Notes: a model not told the origin generated them from the sequence alone. Numbered from the stretch's first letter, positions 41,174 to 50,177 are shown. The stretch: DNA of 64,000 bases from Fimbriimonadales bacterium (GCA_045862955.1 BTVI01000005.1:1-64000), one strand, 5' to 3'. Program-made: numbers and translations.

Positions 41174-42538
41174 GTGAGCGACGATGCGAGGCGCAGGCTG
41201 CCTTCTGTAGACCGCCTTCTTGGGCGGCCCGAGCTGGCCCCTTACTTCGTGCTCGGCCGGGTGCTGCTGCGTGACTGCTGTCGCGAGGTACTCGAGGATG
41301 CCCGCCGGACCGGGGAGACGCCGGATGCGACGGAACTGGCCCAACGCGTGGCGACCAGGGCTGCCGATGCCAGGACCGTCCGGCTTCGCTACGCCATCAA
41401 CGCCACCGGGGTGGTGCTTCACACAGGGCTCGGGCGAGCGAGGCTGAGTGAAAAGGCAGAGTCCGCCGTGCACGACGTGGCGAAGGGCCACAGCGTGTTG
41501 GAGATCGACGAGGAGACCGGACGGCGAGGCTCCCGCGTGGAGAGCATCCGTACTCTGCTGCGGCGCCTGACCGGAGCGGAGGACGCGCACGTCGTCAACA
41601 ACAACGCCGCGGCGGTACTGCTATGCGTGAACACCCTGGCCGCGGGTCGCGAAGTGATCCTGTCGCGAGGTCAGAGCGTGGAGATCGGCGGGTCCTTCCG
41701 AATGCCGGAAGTGATCGCCGCCGCGGGGGCGACGTTGGTGGAGGTGGGCACCACCAACCGTACGAGGCTGTCCGACTACGAACAGGCCATCGGACCGAAT
41801 ACCGGCTGCATCGTGCGCTGCCATCCGAGCAACTTCCGCATCGTGGGCTTCACCGAGGAGCCATCGGCAGCGGCGCTGGCAGCGCTGGGGCGGGAGCGCG
41901 GGGTGCCCGTGCTGGACGACGTGGGCAGCGGCTGCCTGGTGGATATGGAGAGGGCCGGGCTACCGCACGAGCTGACACTCTCGGAAGCGGTGCGAGCGGG
42001 TGCGGACTTGATCACCGCGAGCGGAGACAAGCTGCTAGGCGGCCCGCAGGCCGGGATCGTTCTGGGCCGGCCCGAGCTCGTGCGTGCTGCGGCGAGGAAC
42101 CCCATCGCACGCGCGGTTCGGTGTGACAAGCTGACGCTGGCGGCGCTGGAAGCCACTCTTCGCGAGTATCTCGATCCCGAGGCCGTGTGGAGCGCCATCC
42201 CTACCCTTCGCTACCTCTCCCGTCGTGCGGAGGACGTCGGGCAGCTTGCCGAGATGCTAGCAGCGGAGCTCGGGCCAAACCGGTGTGAGGTCTGCGACGG
42301 CGTGTCTGAGATAGGCGGTGGAGCGCTACCGGGTAGCCAGTTGCCGACTCGTGTTGTTAGGCTCCGGTCGGGGAGGCCTGCCGAGGAGGTGGCGCGGGCG
42401 CTGCGATTGGGAACTCCTCCCGTGTACGGGCGGATCGCGGAGGATGCCGTGTGTCTGGACCTGCGGACGGTAGAGGAGAACGAGGTGCCGTTGTTAGCCA
42501 GGGCTGCTCTGTCGGTTTTGGCGTCGGCGGGGGAGTAG
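41174..42538 (+). CDS. selA: L-seryl-tRNA(Sec) selenium transferase
   Basis: INATGVVLHTGLGRA, VNNNAAA, EIGGSFR, EVGTTNRT and SGDKLLGGPQAG. Confidence 0.97.
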   Translation: MSDDARRRLPSVDRLLGRPELAPYFVLGRVLLRDCCREVLEDARRTGETPDATELAQRVATRAADARTVRLRYAINATGVVLHTGLGRARLSEKAESAVHDVAKGHSVLEIDEETGRRGSRVESIRTLLRRLTGAEDAHVVNNNAAAVLLCVNTLAAGREVILSRGQSVEIGGSFRMPEVIAAAGATLVEVGTTNRTRLSDYEQAIGPNTGCIVRCHPSNFRIVGFTEEPSAAALAALGRERGVPVLDDVGSGCLVDMERAGLPHELTLSEAVRAGADLITASGDKLLGGPQAGIVLGRPELVRAAARNPIARAVRCDKLTLAALEATLREYLDPEAVWSAIPTLRYLSRRAEDVGQLAEMLAAELGPNRCEVCDGVSEIGGGALPGSQLPTRVVRLRSGRPAEEVARALRLGTPPVYGRIAEDAVCLDLRTVEENEVPLLARAALSVLASAGE

Positions 42539-42600
42539 AGGCATGCAACGCTCTCATGTCCGCAGCACCTATTCTGTCGGGTACCAATCCAGACATCTTG

Positions 42601-43212
42601 CCGTGATTCTGAGCTCGACGAGGCATGGCAACCGCTCATCCACCCGCGACGCGGCGAGCCACACCGTCATGCTGAGCCTGTCGAAGCATGGCAACCACCC
42701 AACGCGCTCAGAGCGCAGGCCCGGCAACGTCTCCTCGAGGCGCGAGACCGTGATGGTAGGTCCTCTGCATCGGGACCACCACGCAGCCACGCGGGAGGAC
42801 AGTCCCCACACCGTCATGCTGAGCCTGTCGAAGCATGGCGACCACCCAACGCGCTCAGGGCGCAGTCCTGGCAGCGTCACCTCGAGGCGCGAGACCGTGA
42901 TGGTAGGTCCTCTGCATCGGGACCACCACGCAGCCACGCGGGAGGACAGTCCCCACACCGTCATGCTGAGCCTGTCGAAGCATGGCAACCACCCAACGCG
43001 CTCAGGGCGCAGGCCCGGCAACGTCTCCTCGAGGCGCGAGACCGTGATGGTAGGTCCTCTGCATCGGGACCACCACGCAGCCACGCGGGAGGACAGTCCC
43101 CACACCGTCATGCTGAGCCTGTCGAAGCATGCGATCGGTAGCCGCATGGCAGCAGATCAAAGAGTCGGGTTGGCGGCCCCTGCCCGCATGCTTCGACAGG
43201 CTCAGCATGACG
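42601..43212. repeat. 147-bp tandem repeat built on REP-like family A (GTCATGCTGAGCCTGTCGAAGCATG), closed by an inverted copy
   Basis: Palindrome starts at 42664, 42811, 42958 and 43105 (exact 147-bp period); inverted copy at about 43186-43212. Confidence 0.95.
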
Positions 43213-43288
43213 GGCACTGGTCCTGCGTATCTCCTAAGGTCTCCACAGACGTCCACACCCTTCCGGGTGATGCTGGCAGGTGCTCCTA

Positions 43289-43780
43289 ATGAAGGGGAAG
43301 GTGCTGATCGGTCTCGGGCTGATAGTGGTCCTACTCCTGCTGCGCCTGCTGCTCTCGGCACTGGGCCCTGCACCCAACGACGTGGACCAGATTCAAGCGT
43401 TGATCGAGGAAGCGCGCATCGGTGCCGAGGCGGGCGAGCCGAATCGCATCACCGACTCGATTGCGGAGAACGCCGTGGTGCAAGGCATGACGCGGCGCGA
43501 GTTGGTACGTCTCATGCGTGCCAGTCTCCGCCAAGCAGAGAACATCCGAGTTACGCTCTCGAGGCCATCGGTGCGCGTCGAAGGCGACAAAGCTACGGCG
43601 CAGATTGACAAGGCGAGCGTGTCTTATACGTGGAATGGTATGGACACCAGTCTCGGGCTGACCGGCTTGACGCTGCACCTGGAACGGCAGAAGGTGCGGA
43701 AGTGGCTGGTGTTCACCGAGAGCCGCTGGCAGATCGTGCGCGCAACGGCGTCGGGAGCACCCAGTATGGGAGGTTTCTAG
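43289..43780 (+). CDS. Membrane-anchored hypothetical protein (NTF2/SnoaL-like)
   Basis: N-terminal TM; V.VEGDKATA and WQIVRA pattern. Confidence 0.65.
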   Translation: MKGKVLIGLGLIVVLLLLRLLLSALGPAPNDVDQIQALIEEARIGAEAGEPNRITDSIAENAVVQGMTRRELVRLMRASLRQAENIRVTLSRPSVRVEGDKATAQIDKASVSYTWNGMDTSLGLTGLTLHLERQKVRKWLVFTESRWQIVRATASGAPSMGGF

Positions 43781-43782
43781 GC

Positions 43783-44514
43783 GTGGCACTTGCACACGTG
43801 CGCTTCTTCAGCCAATCGCTGGAGAAGTGTTCCGAAATGGTAGTGTTGTTGCCCGAAGGGGATCGGCTCGGCCCCTACCCCGTGTGGTATCTGCTGCATG
43901 GCCTGAGCGACGATTGCACGGCCTGGAGCCGATACACCACCATTCAGCGCGCCGTGGAGGGGTTGCCTCTGGTAGTAGTCATGCCTGACGGCGGTCGGGG
44001 CTACTACACCGACAACGCACAAGGGCCGGCATGGGAGGCGCACTTCTTTCGAGACGTGGTACCGTTCGTCGAGCGCACCTTCTCTGTTAGGACGGAGGGA
44101 GCGTGCCGCGTCGTCTCGGGGCACTCGATGGGTGGATACGGTGCGATCAAGTTCGCGCTTCGTCGACCGGACATGTTCGTAGCCGCGGTGGGGCATTCGG
44201 GAGCTTACCTCGCCCCGTTCGAGCGAACGGATCCGGAGGGAGTACGCATCTTCGGCCGTGCTCCGGCGGGCGGGCCGGACGACCTGCTATCGCTTGTCGC
44301 CTCCGCTAGCGGTTCGGAACTCCCGGCGCTTCGGCTGGATTGCGGGACCGATGACTACCTCCTCCACCACTCGCGCAGTCTGCATGACAGGCTGATGGAA
44401 CTAGGTATCGAGCACGACTACCACGAGTACGCCGGCGCCCACACGTGGGACTATTGGCAACAGCGCCTACCGCAGACGGTGGCATTCGTGGCCCGCCAAC
44501 TAGGGCTACGGTAG
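43783..44514 (+). CDS. Putative esterase (alpha/beta hydrolase)
   Basis: YLLHG, GHSMGG, DCGTDD and GAHTWDYW. Confidence 0.93.
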   Translation: MALAHVRFFSQSLEKCSEMVVLLPEGDRLGPYPVWYLLHGLSDDCTAWSRYTTIQRAVEGLPLVVVMPDGGRGYYTDNAQGPAWEAHFFRDVVPFVERTFSVRTEGACRVVSGHSMGGYGAIKFALRRPDMFVAAVGHSGAYLAPFERTDPEGVRIFGRAPAGGPDDLLSLVASASGSELPALRLDCGTDDYLLHHSRSLHDRLMELGIEHDYHEYAGAHTWDYWQQRLPQTVAFVARQLGLR

Positions 44515-44537
44515 GCACGCGGCTCGTCGAGGCCGAG

Positions 44538-45263
44538 CTACCAGGAGACGAACTTCACATGACCGCCCACGTATAGCACGTTCGACCTTCGCACGCCGTG
44601 AACACTACGGGTTGCCGCTCCCGCAGCATAGTCCAGCCACAGCGCATCCTCGAGGTAGGGTGTATCCGGCGCCAAACTTCGCAGCCGATGTCGCAAGGTG
44701 TGACCTTCGCCCTCATACATGCAACGCTGCAGACGAAAGTCCAACTCGTAGCTAGTGTACAGCGAACGATGGTCCTTCGGATCGTCCATGTCGGCCAGAA
44801 AGCTCGGGTCGGCGCGGAACCTATCCGCGGCACACCAGAAGACCTCGTCGGAGCGAGTGTACATCTTAAGGGAGTCCCGCCAGAGCTGTGGTCGGCCTGC
44901 GATGAAGCATTTCAGGTTGTCATAGGGGGGCGGGTAGTCGTCCCGGTACTCTTCGGGAGGGGGCGCAGATGTACCGCCGCCCTCCCCTGGCTTCAGCGCC
45001 CAGTAATGGGTCTGGAGCGGATGGCACGGTAGCAGTCCTACGTGATCGTCTGCGTACATCACGCTAGCTTTGTGAAGCTGCGCAAGATTGGATGCGCAGC
45101 TCCCGGCTTGCGCTTTCGACTTGACGAAGTTGAGAACCGGCATGCTAATCGCGGCGAGCGCGAGCAGGATGGCGATGACCACGAGGGTCTCGACCAGAGT
45201 AAGCGCTCGTGAGCAGCAGCTTCGGCCCAGCGAGGTTGACCTAGTTACGGCTATTCCGGCCAT
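44538..45263 (-). CDS. Prepilin-type N-terminal cleavage / DUF1559-like protein (cassette B)
   Basis: ALTLVETLVVIAILLALAAI..P, CASNLAQL...MYADDH..LP, VFWCAAD and HGVRRSNVLYVGGHVK; start uncertain. Confidence 0.85.
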   Translation of the reverse strand: MAGIAVTRSTSLGRSCCSRALTLVETLVVIAILLALAAISMPVLNFVKSKAQAGSCASNLAQLHKASVMYADDHVGLLPCHPLQTHYWALKPGEGGGTSAPPPEEYRDDYPPPYDNLKCFIAGRPQLWRDSLKMYTRSDEVFWCAADRFRADPSFLADMDDPKDHRSLYTSYELDFRLQRCMYEGEGHTLRHRLRSLAPDTPYLEDALWLDYAAGAATRSVHGVRRSNVLYVGGHVKFVSW

Positions 45264-45955
45264 AGGAGTTCGCATCGCTTCCTGGCAACCTGCCCCACGT
45301 CATACTCCCCAGTGCAGTCGGTAGTGTAGTAGTAGTGCCTCTGGCAAGAAGTCGGGTAGCAATTGTAGTTCTCGTTGATGCACTGCGTAGCGTGATTCGC
45401 GAGCTGCCGGTACGACATCCCCGAGCCCCACGGCGCGCACGCGATAAGCTCGCACACGCGGTGCCCTTGTCTGCAATTCGAACGGTCTTCCAGCATTAGA
45501 CCGATGCTGGCCCAGCCTAGTCCTACCGCTAGGAACAGGACAACGGCCCCAACGCTGCGCGCGGCAACGGTAGGACACTGGCTAGCCGACATCTGTCGCA
45601 CCGTCGCTACAGCTATGACAGCGAAACAAGTCCAGACGCCGAGGCACAGCGGGCAGACCATGCCACCGACGGCCATGGAATTCAGGGCCACCACCGCGAC
45701 AGGCAGCCCGCAGAACGTGCAGAAGCGCCCTAGGCGCTGCCATATGCCGTGCTCGCCGCGAGCGAAAAGCTGAAGCACGAAGTAGCCGATGCCAGCGATT
45801 GGAGGCATGAACGCGATGAGTGTCGCTCCGACGAGAACAGCGCCCGAGCAGTCGCAGATGCGCAACCCTCCGGCAGATGCGATCCTAGCAGCTAATAGGG
45901 AAAGGGAAAGTACTACCCCTACCCAGCACGCCCAGTTCGTAAGCTTATTCGTCAT
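45251..45955 (-). CDS. VKOR-like membrane protein fused to an 8-Cys C-terminal mini-domain (cassette B)
   Basis: About five hydrophobic helices, loop CDC, CPLC at a helix start, Cys-rich tail; GAGGTG SD. Confidence 0.75.
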   Translation of the reverse strand: MTNKLTNWACWVGVVLSLSLLAARIASAGGLRICDCSGAVLVGATLIAFMPPIAGIGYFVLQLFARGEHGIWQRLGRFCTFCGLPVAVVALNSMAVGGMVCPLCLGVWTCFAVIAVATVRQMSASQCPTVAARSVGAVVLFLAVGLGWASIGLMLEDRSNCRQGHRVCELIACAPWGSGMSYRQLANHATQCINENYNCYPTSCQRHYYYTTDCTGEYDVGQVARKRCELLWPE

Positions 45956-46006
45956 TCCTACACCTCTCCGTTGCATCCTCTGCGGTCTGCAGAGCATGCC
46001 TAGTCA

Positions 46007-46035
46007 AATATACAGCGTCTCGCTCCGCAGGTCAA
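46007..46035 (-). promoter_or_regulatory. sigma70 promoter TTGACC-17-TATATT
   Basis: Exact 17-bp spacing; equivalent element at 47961-47989. Confidence 0.75.
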
Positions 46036-46061
46036 GTTCTCACCGCGAAACTCCTGTAAAC

Positions 46062-46388
46062 CTACACGAGGAAAAGGCTTGCGGTCAATCTGGTGCCTGG
46101 ACTCACGTCAGCGTTTGCGGACCGAGGCGCAGGCGCAGATGTACCGCCGCCCTCCCCTGGCTTCAGCGCCCAGTAATGGGTCTGAAGCGGATGGCACGGT
46201 AGCAGTCCTACGTGATCGTCTGCGTACATCACGCTAGCTTTGTGGAGCTGCGCAAGATTGGATGCGCAGCTCCCGGCTTGCGCTCTCGACTTGACGAAGT
46301 TGAGAACCGACATGCTAATCGCGGCGAGCGCGAGGATGATCACCACTACCACCAGCAGCTCCACAAGCGTTATTGCGCCTAGTCTCAC
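46062..46388 (-). pseudogene. Truncated prepilin-type gene, near-identical to the 5' part of 44538..45263
   Basis: About 200 bp direct repeat (46132-46334 vs 44962-45164, about 4 mismatches), then runs into the promoter block. Confidence 0.8.
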
Positions 46389-46555
46389 ACCACACCTCGT
46401 TTCGGCCGGCCCACATTGGCGGTGGGAGCAACTGCGGGCCTACCCGCCGCAGCCCCACGGTACCTCGCGGCAGGCGACGAAACTGGCAGTCTCGTTGTCG
46501 GATGCCTCCGCTGTGCCCGGCATCGGGCAGCTCGTGGTGCCAGCGTAGTTCAGGA

Positions 46556-47176
46556 CTAGTCCGCCCGCGTATACCGCACGCTGCCATCGAGGTAGAGCGC
46601 GTTGGCGCCGCCACCGTGGAACGTCTTCCAAGACGTCGAACCTGGTCGCGGCCACCACTGCGCGTCGCCGATGTAGGGGGTCTCAGCCGGTCCGCGCTTT
46701 GTCCTGTCAAGACGAATCGCGAGGGCCTGGCTTGGTCCCCACGATGACCTCATGTGGGCGAGAACTGCCATCCGATAGCTGGTATACAGGTAGCTCTTGT
46801 CTTCTGGGTAGTCGAGGAAGACCACGAAGGGCTTCCCCCGATACCCGTCGGCGGGACACCAGAACACCTCTCGGGACTTGGCGTAAACGGCTAGCGCGTC
46901 CCGCCACTCCCTGGGACGACCGATCACCTTGGTCTCCATCCTACCACGTTCGTCAACAGCCTTGATAGACTGAATGGAGTGGCAAGGTAGCCAGCCGCTG
47001 TGGTCGCCCGCATACATCAGGACGGCCTTTCCGATCTGGCTCAGGTTATTTGCGCACCCGGACACGAGGCTTCGGGACCTAACGATGTTCGCGACAGGCA
47101 GAGCGATAGCAATCAGCGCCAACAAGATCACCACGACGACCAATAGCTCGACGAGCGTGAAGGCTTTAGTCCTCAT
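46556..47176 (-). CDS. Prepilin-type N-terminal cleavage / H-X9-DG protein (cassette A)
   Basis: MRTKA|FTLVELLVV, CANNLSQIG...MYAGDH, VFWCPAD and HGGGANALYLDG. Confidence 0.9.
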   Translation of the reverse strand: MRTKAFTLVELLVVVVILLALIAIALPVANIVRSRSLVSGCANNLSQIGKAVLMYAGDHSGWLPCHSIQSIKAVDERGRMETKVIGRPREWRDALAVYAKSREVFWCPADGYRGKPFVVFLDYPEDKSYLYTSYRMAVLAHMRSSWGPSQALAIRLDRTKRGPAETPYIGDAQWWPRPGSTSWKTFHGGGANALYLDGSVRYTRAD

Positions 47177-47185
47177 ATCACACCG

Positions 47186-47907
47186 CTACTTCGGGGGTGG
47201 AGGCAGATGATGACAGCATTTCCTGCTATAGTACTGGCCGTACCACCACCCGTTGCCTGGGCAGTCCGGCTCCTCGTACACCCTCATGAAGCAGCTCATC
47301 CAGTCGCAGCCCGGGCCATTCCAGTCATAGCAGCGATCGTAACCATTTGGCAGTCTCAACGTCGAACCGCCGAGAGGGCCCTCAGGGTAGCAGCCGTAGT
47401 CACAGCAGTGGCCGTCCGGATCGCAATTTGGATTGGGCTCAGACATTGCGCCCACGCCCTGTGCGACCGCGATACCTACTACGAGAAGCACTACTACCGA
47501 TGCGAGGCTACGAACCACCGAGAGGGGCTTGGCACGAGCCACGATCTCCCGCACGGTCGCCGCGACTACGACACCGAAGCACACCCAGACGCCGAGGCAC
47601 AGCGGGCAGACCATGCCACCGACGGACATGGAATTCAGGGCCACCACCGCGACAGGCAGCGCGCAGAACGTAGACAGGCGTGAGAAACCCTGCCATCTTC
47701 CGCGCTTCCAGCTGCCGAGTAGCTGGATGATGAAGTAGCCGATGCCCGCGATTGGAGGCATGAAGGTCATGAGTGTCGCCCCGACGAGGACTGCGCCCGA
47801 GCAGTCGCAGATGCGCAACCTCCGGCTGATGCGATCCTAGCAGCTAATAGGGAAAGGGAAAGTACTACCCCTCCCCAGCACGCCCAGCTTGTGAGTTTGT
47901 TCATCAC
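47186..47907 (-). pseudogene. VKOR-like + 10-Cys mini-domain protein (cassette A) with a 1-bp frameshift near 47820
   Basis: Paralog of 45251..45955; GGAGGGTTG in B vs GGAGGTTG here; may be a sequencing error. Confidence 0.7.
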
Positions 47908-47960
47908 GCCTACACCTCTTCCGGGGCACCCTGTGCGTGCTGCAGAGCATGCCCAGTTAA

Positions 47961-47989
47961 AAGATACGGCGACCGCTGTAAGATGTCAA
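47961..47989 (-). promoter_or_regulatory. sigma70 promoter TTGACA-17-TATCTT
   Basis: Consensus -35 and 17-bp spacer; duplicated at 46007-46035. Confidence 0.8.
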
Positions 47990-48121
47990 GTCCTCACCAA
48001 GAGATTCCTGTGACTCCGCATGAGGGTAAGGCTTGCGGCCACGCCCGTGCCTGGTTTCACGCTAGCGTCTCCGGCCCGTCGCACAGGCACAGCTTTCTGG
48101 CGGGAGAGCGTAGGTGTGACA

Positions 48122-48160
48122 ACCCTCACCCCGGCCCTCTCCCTTCGAAGGGAGAGGGAG
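48122..48160. repeat. REP-like family B copy after prfA
   Basis: ACCCTCACCCCGGCCCTCTCCCTTCGAAGGGAGAGGGAG. Confidence 0.75.
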
Positions 48161-48163
48161 GGG

Positions 48164-49225
48164 CTACTGTGCGGCAGCGGCGAGAAGCTTGGCTTGGTGA
48201 TCGGCGATGAGGGCGTCGCAAAGGGGCTGCAGGTCGCCGTCCATGATGCCTGACAGGTTAGTGATGGTCAAGTTGATCCGATGGTCGGTTACGCGGTTCT
48301 GGGGGTAGTTGTAAGTGCGTATCTTGTCGCTCCTATCACCGGTTCCGATGGCAGCCTTTCGGGAGGCGTCGGCCGTGGCGGTCTGCGCAGCCAGCTCGCG
48401 TTCATACAGCTTCGCGCGCAGTACCTTCATCGCCTTGTACTTGTTTTGTGCCTGCGAGCGCTCGTCCTGACACTGCACCACGATGCCCGATGGCTTGTGC
48501 ACCAAACGGACTGCCGTCTCGTTCTTCTGCATGTGCTGCCCGCCCGCGCTGCTCGCACGGAAGCTCTCCCACTCGATATCCGCCGGATTGATCTCGACGT
48601 CCACCTCATCGGCCTCTGGGATCACTACCACGCTGGCAGCGCTGGTATGGATGCGTCCGCTGCTCTCGGTGGCGGGGACCCGCTGCACTCGATGCACGCC
48701 GCTCTCGTGCTTCAGCTGGCTGTATGCGCCTTTGCCCTCGATGTTGAAGGTGATCAGGCTTGCCCCGCCCATGTCGGACTCTTCGTAGTCCACCAGTTCG
48801 GTCTTCCAGCCTTTGCGTTCGGCAAAGCGGGCGTACATGTTGTACAGGTCTCGCGCAAAGAGGGCAGCTTCCTCGCCGCCGACCCCCGCACGGATCTCGA
48901 TCACGACGTTCTTTTCGTCGTTCGGATCCTTGGGTAGCAGCATGATGCGCAGCTTGTCCTCGAATTCTGCGATCTGGGCGCGGAGCCGGTCCACCTCGTC
49001 GAGGGCCATGTCCCTCATCTCGGGGTCATCCACCAGGGCTCGCGCCTCGGCGAGCTGCTCGTGGGCCTCTCGATAGGCGCGATACACGCCGACGATGTCC
49101 TCCAGCTCGGCCCGGATCTTCCCTAGCCGCTGCAGTTCCTTGGGGTTCGAGGCAACGTCCGGGTCCGCCAGCAGACGCTCTGCCTCTTCATAGCGCTCTT
49201 CTACCTGTTTCAGCTTGTCTAGCAC
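48164..49225 (-). CDS. prfA: Peptide chain release factor 1
   Basis: GGEEAALF, HRVQRVPATE (PxT motif), GGQ and IRTYNYPQNRVTDHR. Confidence 0.98.
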   Translation of the reverse strand: MLDKLKQVEERYEEAERLLADPDVASNPKELQRLGKIRAELEDIVGVYRAYREAHEQLAEARALVDDPEMRDMALDEVDRLRAQIAEFEDKLRIMLLPKDPNDEKNVVIEIRAGVGGEEAALFARDLYNMYARFAERKGWKTELVDYEESDMGGASLITFNIEGKGAYSQLKHESGVHRVQRVPATESSGRIHTSAASVVVIPEADEVDVEINPADIEWESFRASSAGGQHMQKNETAVRLVHKPSGIVVQCQDERSQAQNKYKAMKVLRAKLYERELAAQTATADASRKAAIGTGDRSDKIRTYNYPQNRVTDHRINLTITNLSGIMDGDLQPLCDALIADHQAKLLAAAAQ

Positions 49226-49312
49226 GAGGATAAGGATACCAGCGGGAACCGGTCCTCTTTGTGGAGTAGTATCCGCATTGGGCTGTTCCCGGTTGCCCGC
49301 TGGTGCAGATGT

Positions 49313-50164
49313 ATGGTCGAAGTGTGCCTTCTTGCCGCGCTGTCTCCCATAGTTGCTGAGCCTGTAGAGATCGTTCGTAGCTTTCGGCAGGGCGAGAAGG
49401 CTTCATACGTGGTCACCCGCAAGCAGAAGGATGCGGACGCCGTGATGAAGGGCTCGGGAGGCACCTGGCGCGTGGACCTCGAGGTGCTGTCGGTCCGCCC
49501 GGACGAGACCAAGTTGCGGCTGACTCGGACCACGGTCAAGCTGGACGCCGAGGGCTCGCCAGCGCTTAGCGACGATTTGCTGCAGCAGATGAAGCGTTCC
49601 TCTCAGGTTCAGGTGCTGATTCGCAGCGACGGCAAGCTGGAGGTAACGGGCGACACTGCGGCGCCCGGGGGCTTCGAGGGCTGGATGCAGTGGTACCGGG
49701 ACGTGATGCTCTCCGCCCTGCCTCCCAAGCCGGTCGAGCCTGGCGATACGTGGGACGAGCCGTATCCCGTCGTAGACCTTTCCCCCGCCCTGCGCCCGGT
49801 TGGCGCTCCCAAGATATCTTACAAGTTCGAGGGGATGGAGGACCTCGCGGGACAGCCGAGCCTGAAGCTAGGCGCAGTGACTGCACTCGACCAGGTCAGC
49901 GATGCGGGGCTGGGGGGTGAAAGGCCGAAGATAGACCTTCGTATCCACCGTGAGCTGCGCTACACGATGTGGTTGCGCCCTGCCGATGGCCGACTGCTGA
50001 AAAACACGGGCACGGAGACCCTCACGCTCGAGTCCAAGTCCCCGGAGCTGCCTTTCCGTCACAGCTTTACCATGACCTTGGAGGTACTGCCTCTGCCTGG
50101 GGAGGCAAAGCGCAGTATGCGAGTGCTGTGGATCCCCTTTGCGGTAGTCGCCTACTTGGACTGA
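49313..50164 (+). CDS. Secreted hypothetical beta-rich protein
   Basis: Signal-like N-terminus; LPPKPVEPGDTW motif; start uncertain. Confidence 0.65.
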   Translation: MVEVCLLAALSPIVAEPVEIVRSFRQGEKASYVVTRKQKDADAVMKGSGGTWRVDLEVLSVRPDETKLRLTRTTVKLDAEGSPALSDDLLQQMKRSSQVQVLIRSDGKLEVTGDTAAPGGFEGWMQWYRDVMLSALPPKPVEPGDTWDEPYPVVDLSPALRPVGAPKISYKFEGMEDLAGQPSLKLGAVTALDQVSDAGLGGERPKIDLRIHRELRYTMWLRPADGRLLKNTGTETLTLESKSPELPFRHSFTMTLEVLPLPGEAKRSMRVLWIPFAVVAYLD

Positions 50165-50177
50165 AGGGAGTAGGTAT

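Noticed and set aside
42601..43212. CRISPR array
   Set aside because: Spacers are ~120-bp near-identical copies, there is an inverted terminal copy, and no cas genes are present
42543..43289. 248-aa and 192-aa repeat ORFs
   Set aside because: Open only because the 147-bp unit lacks stops; no SD or protein-like composition
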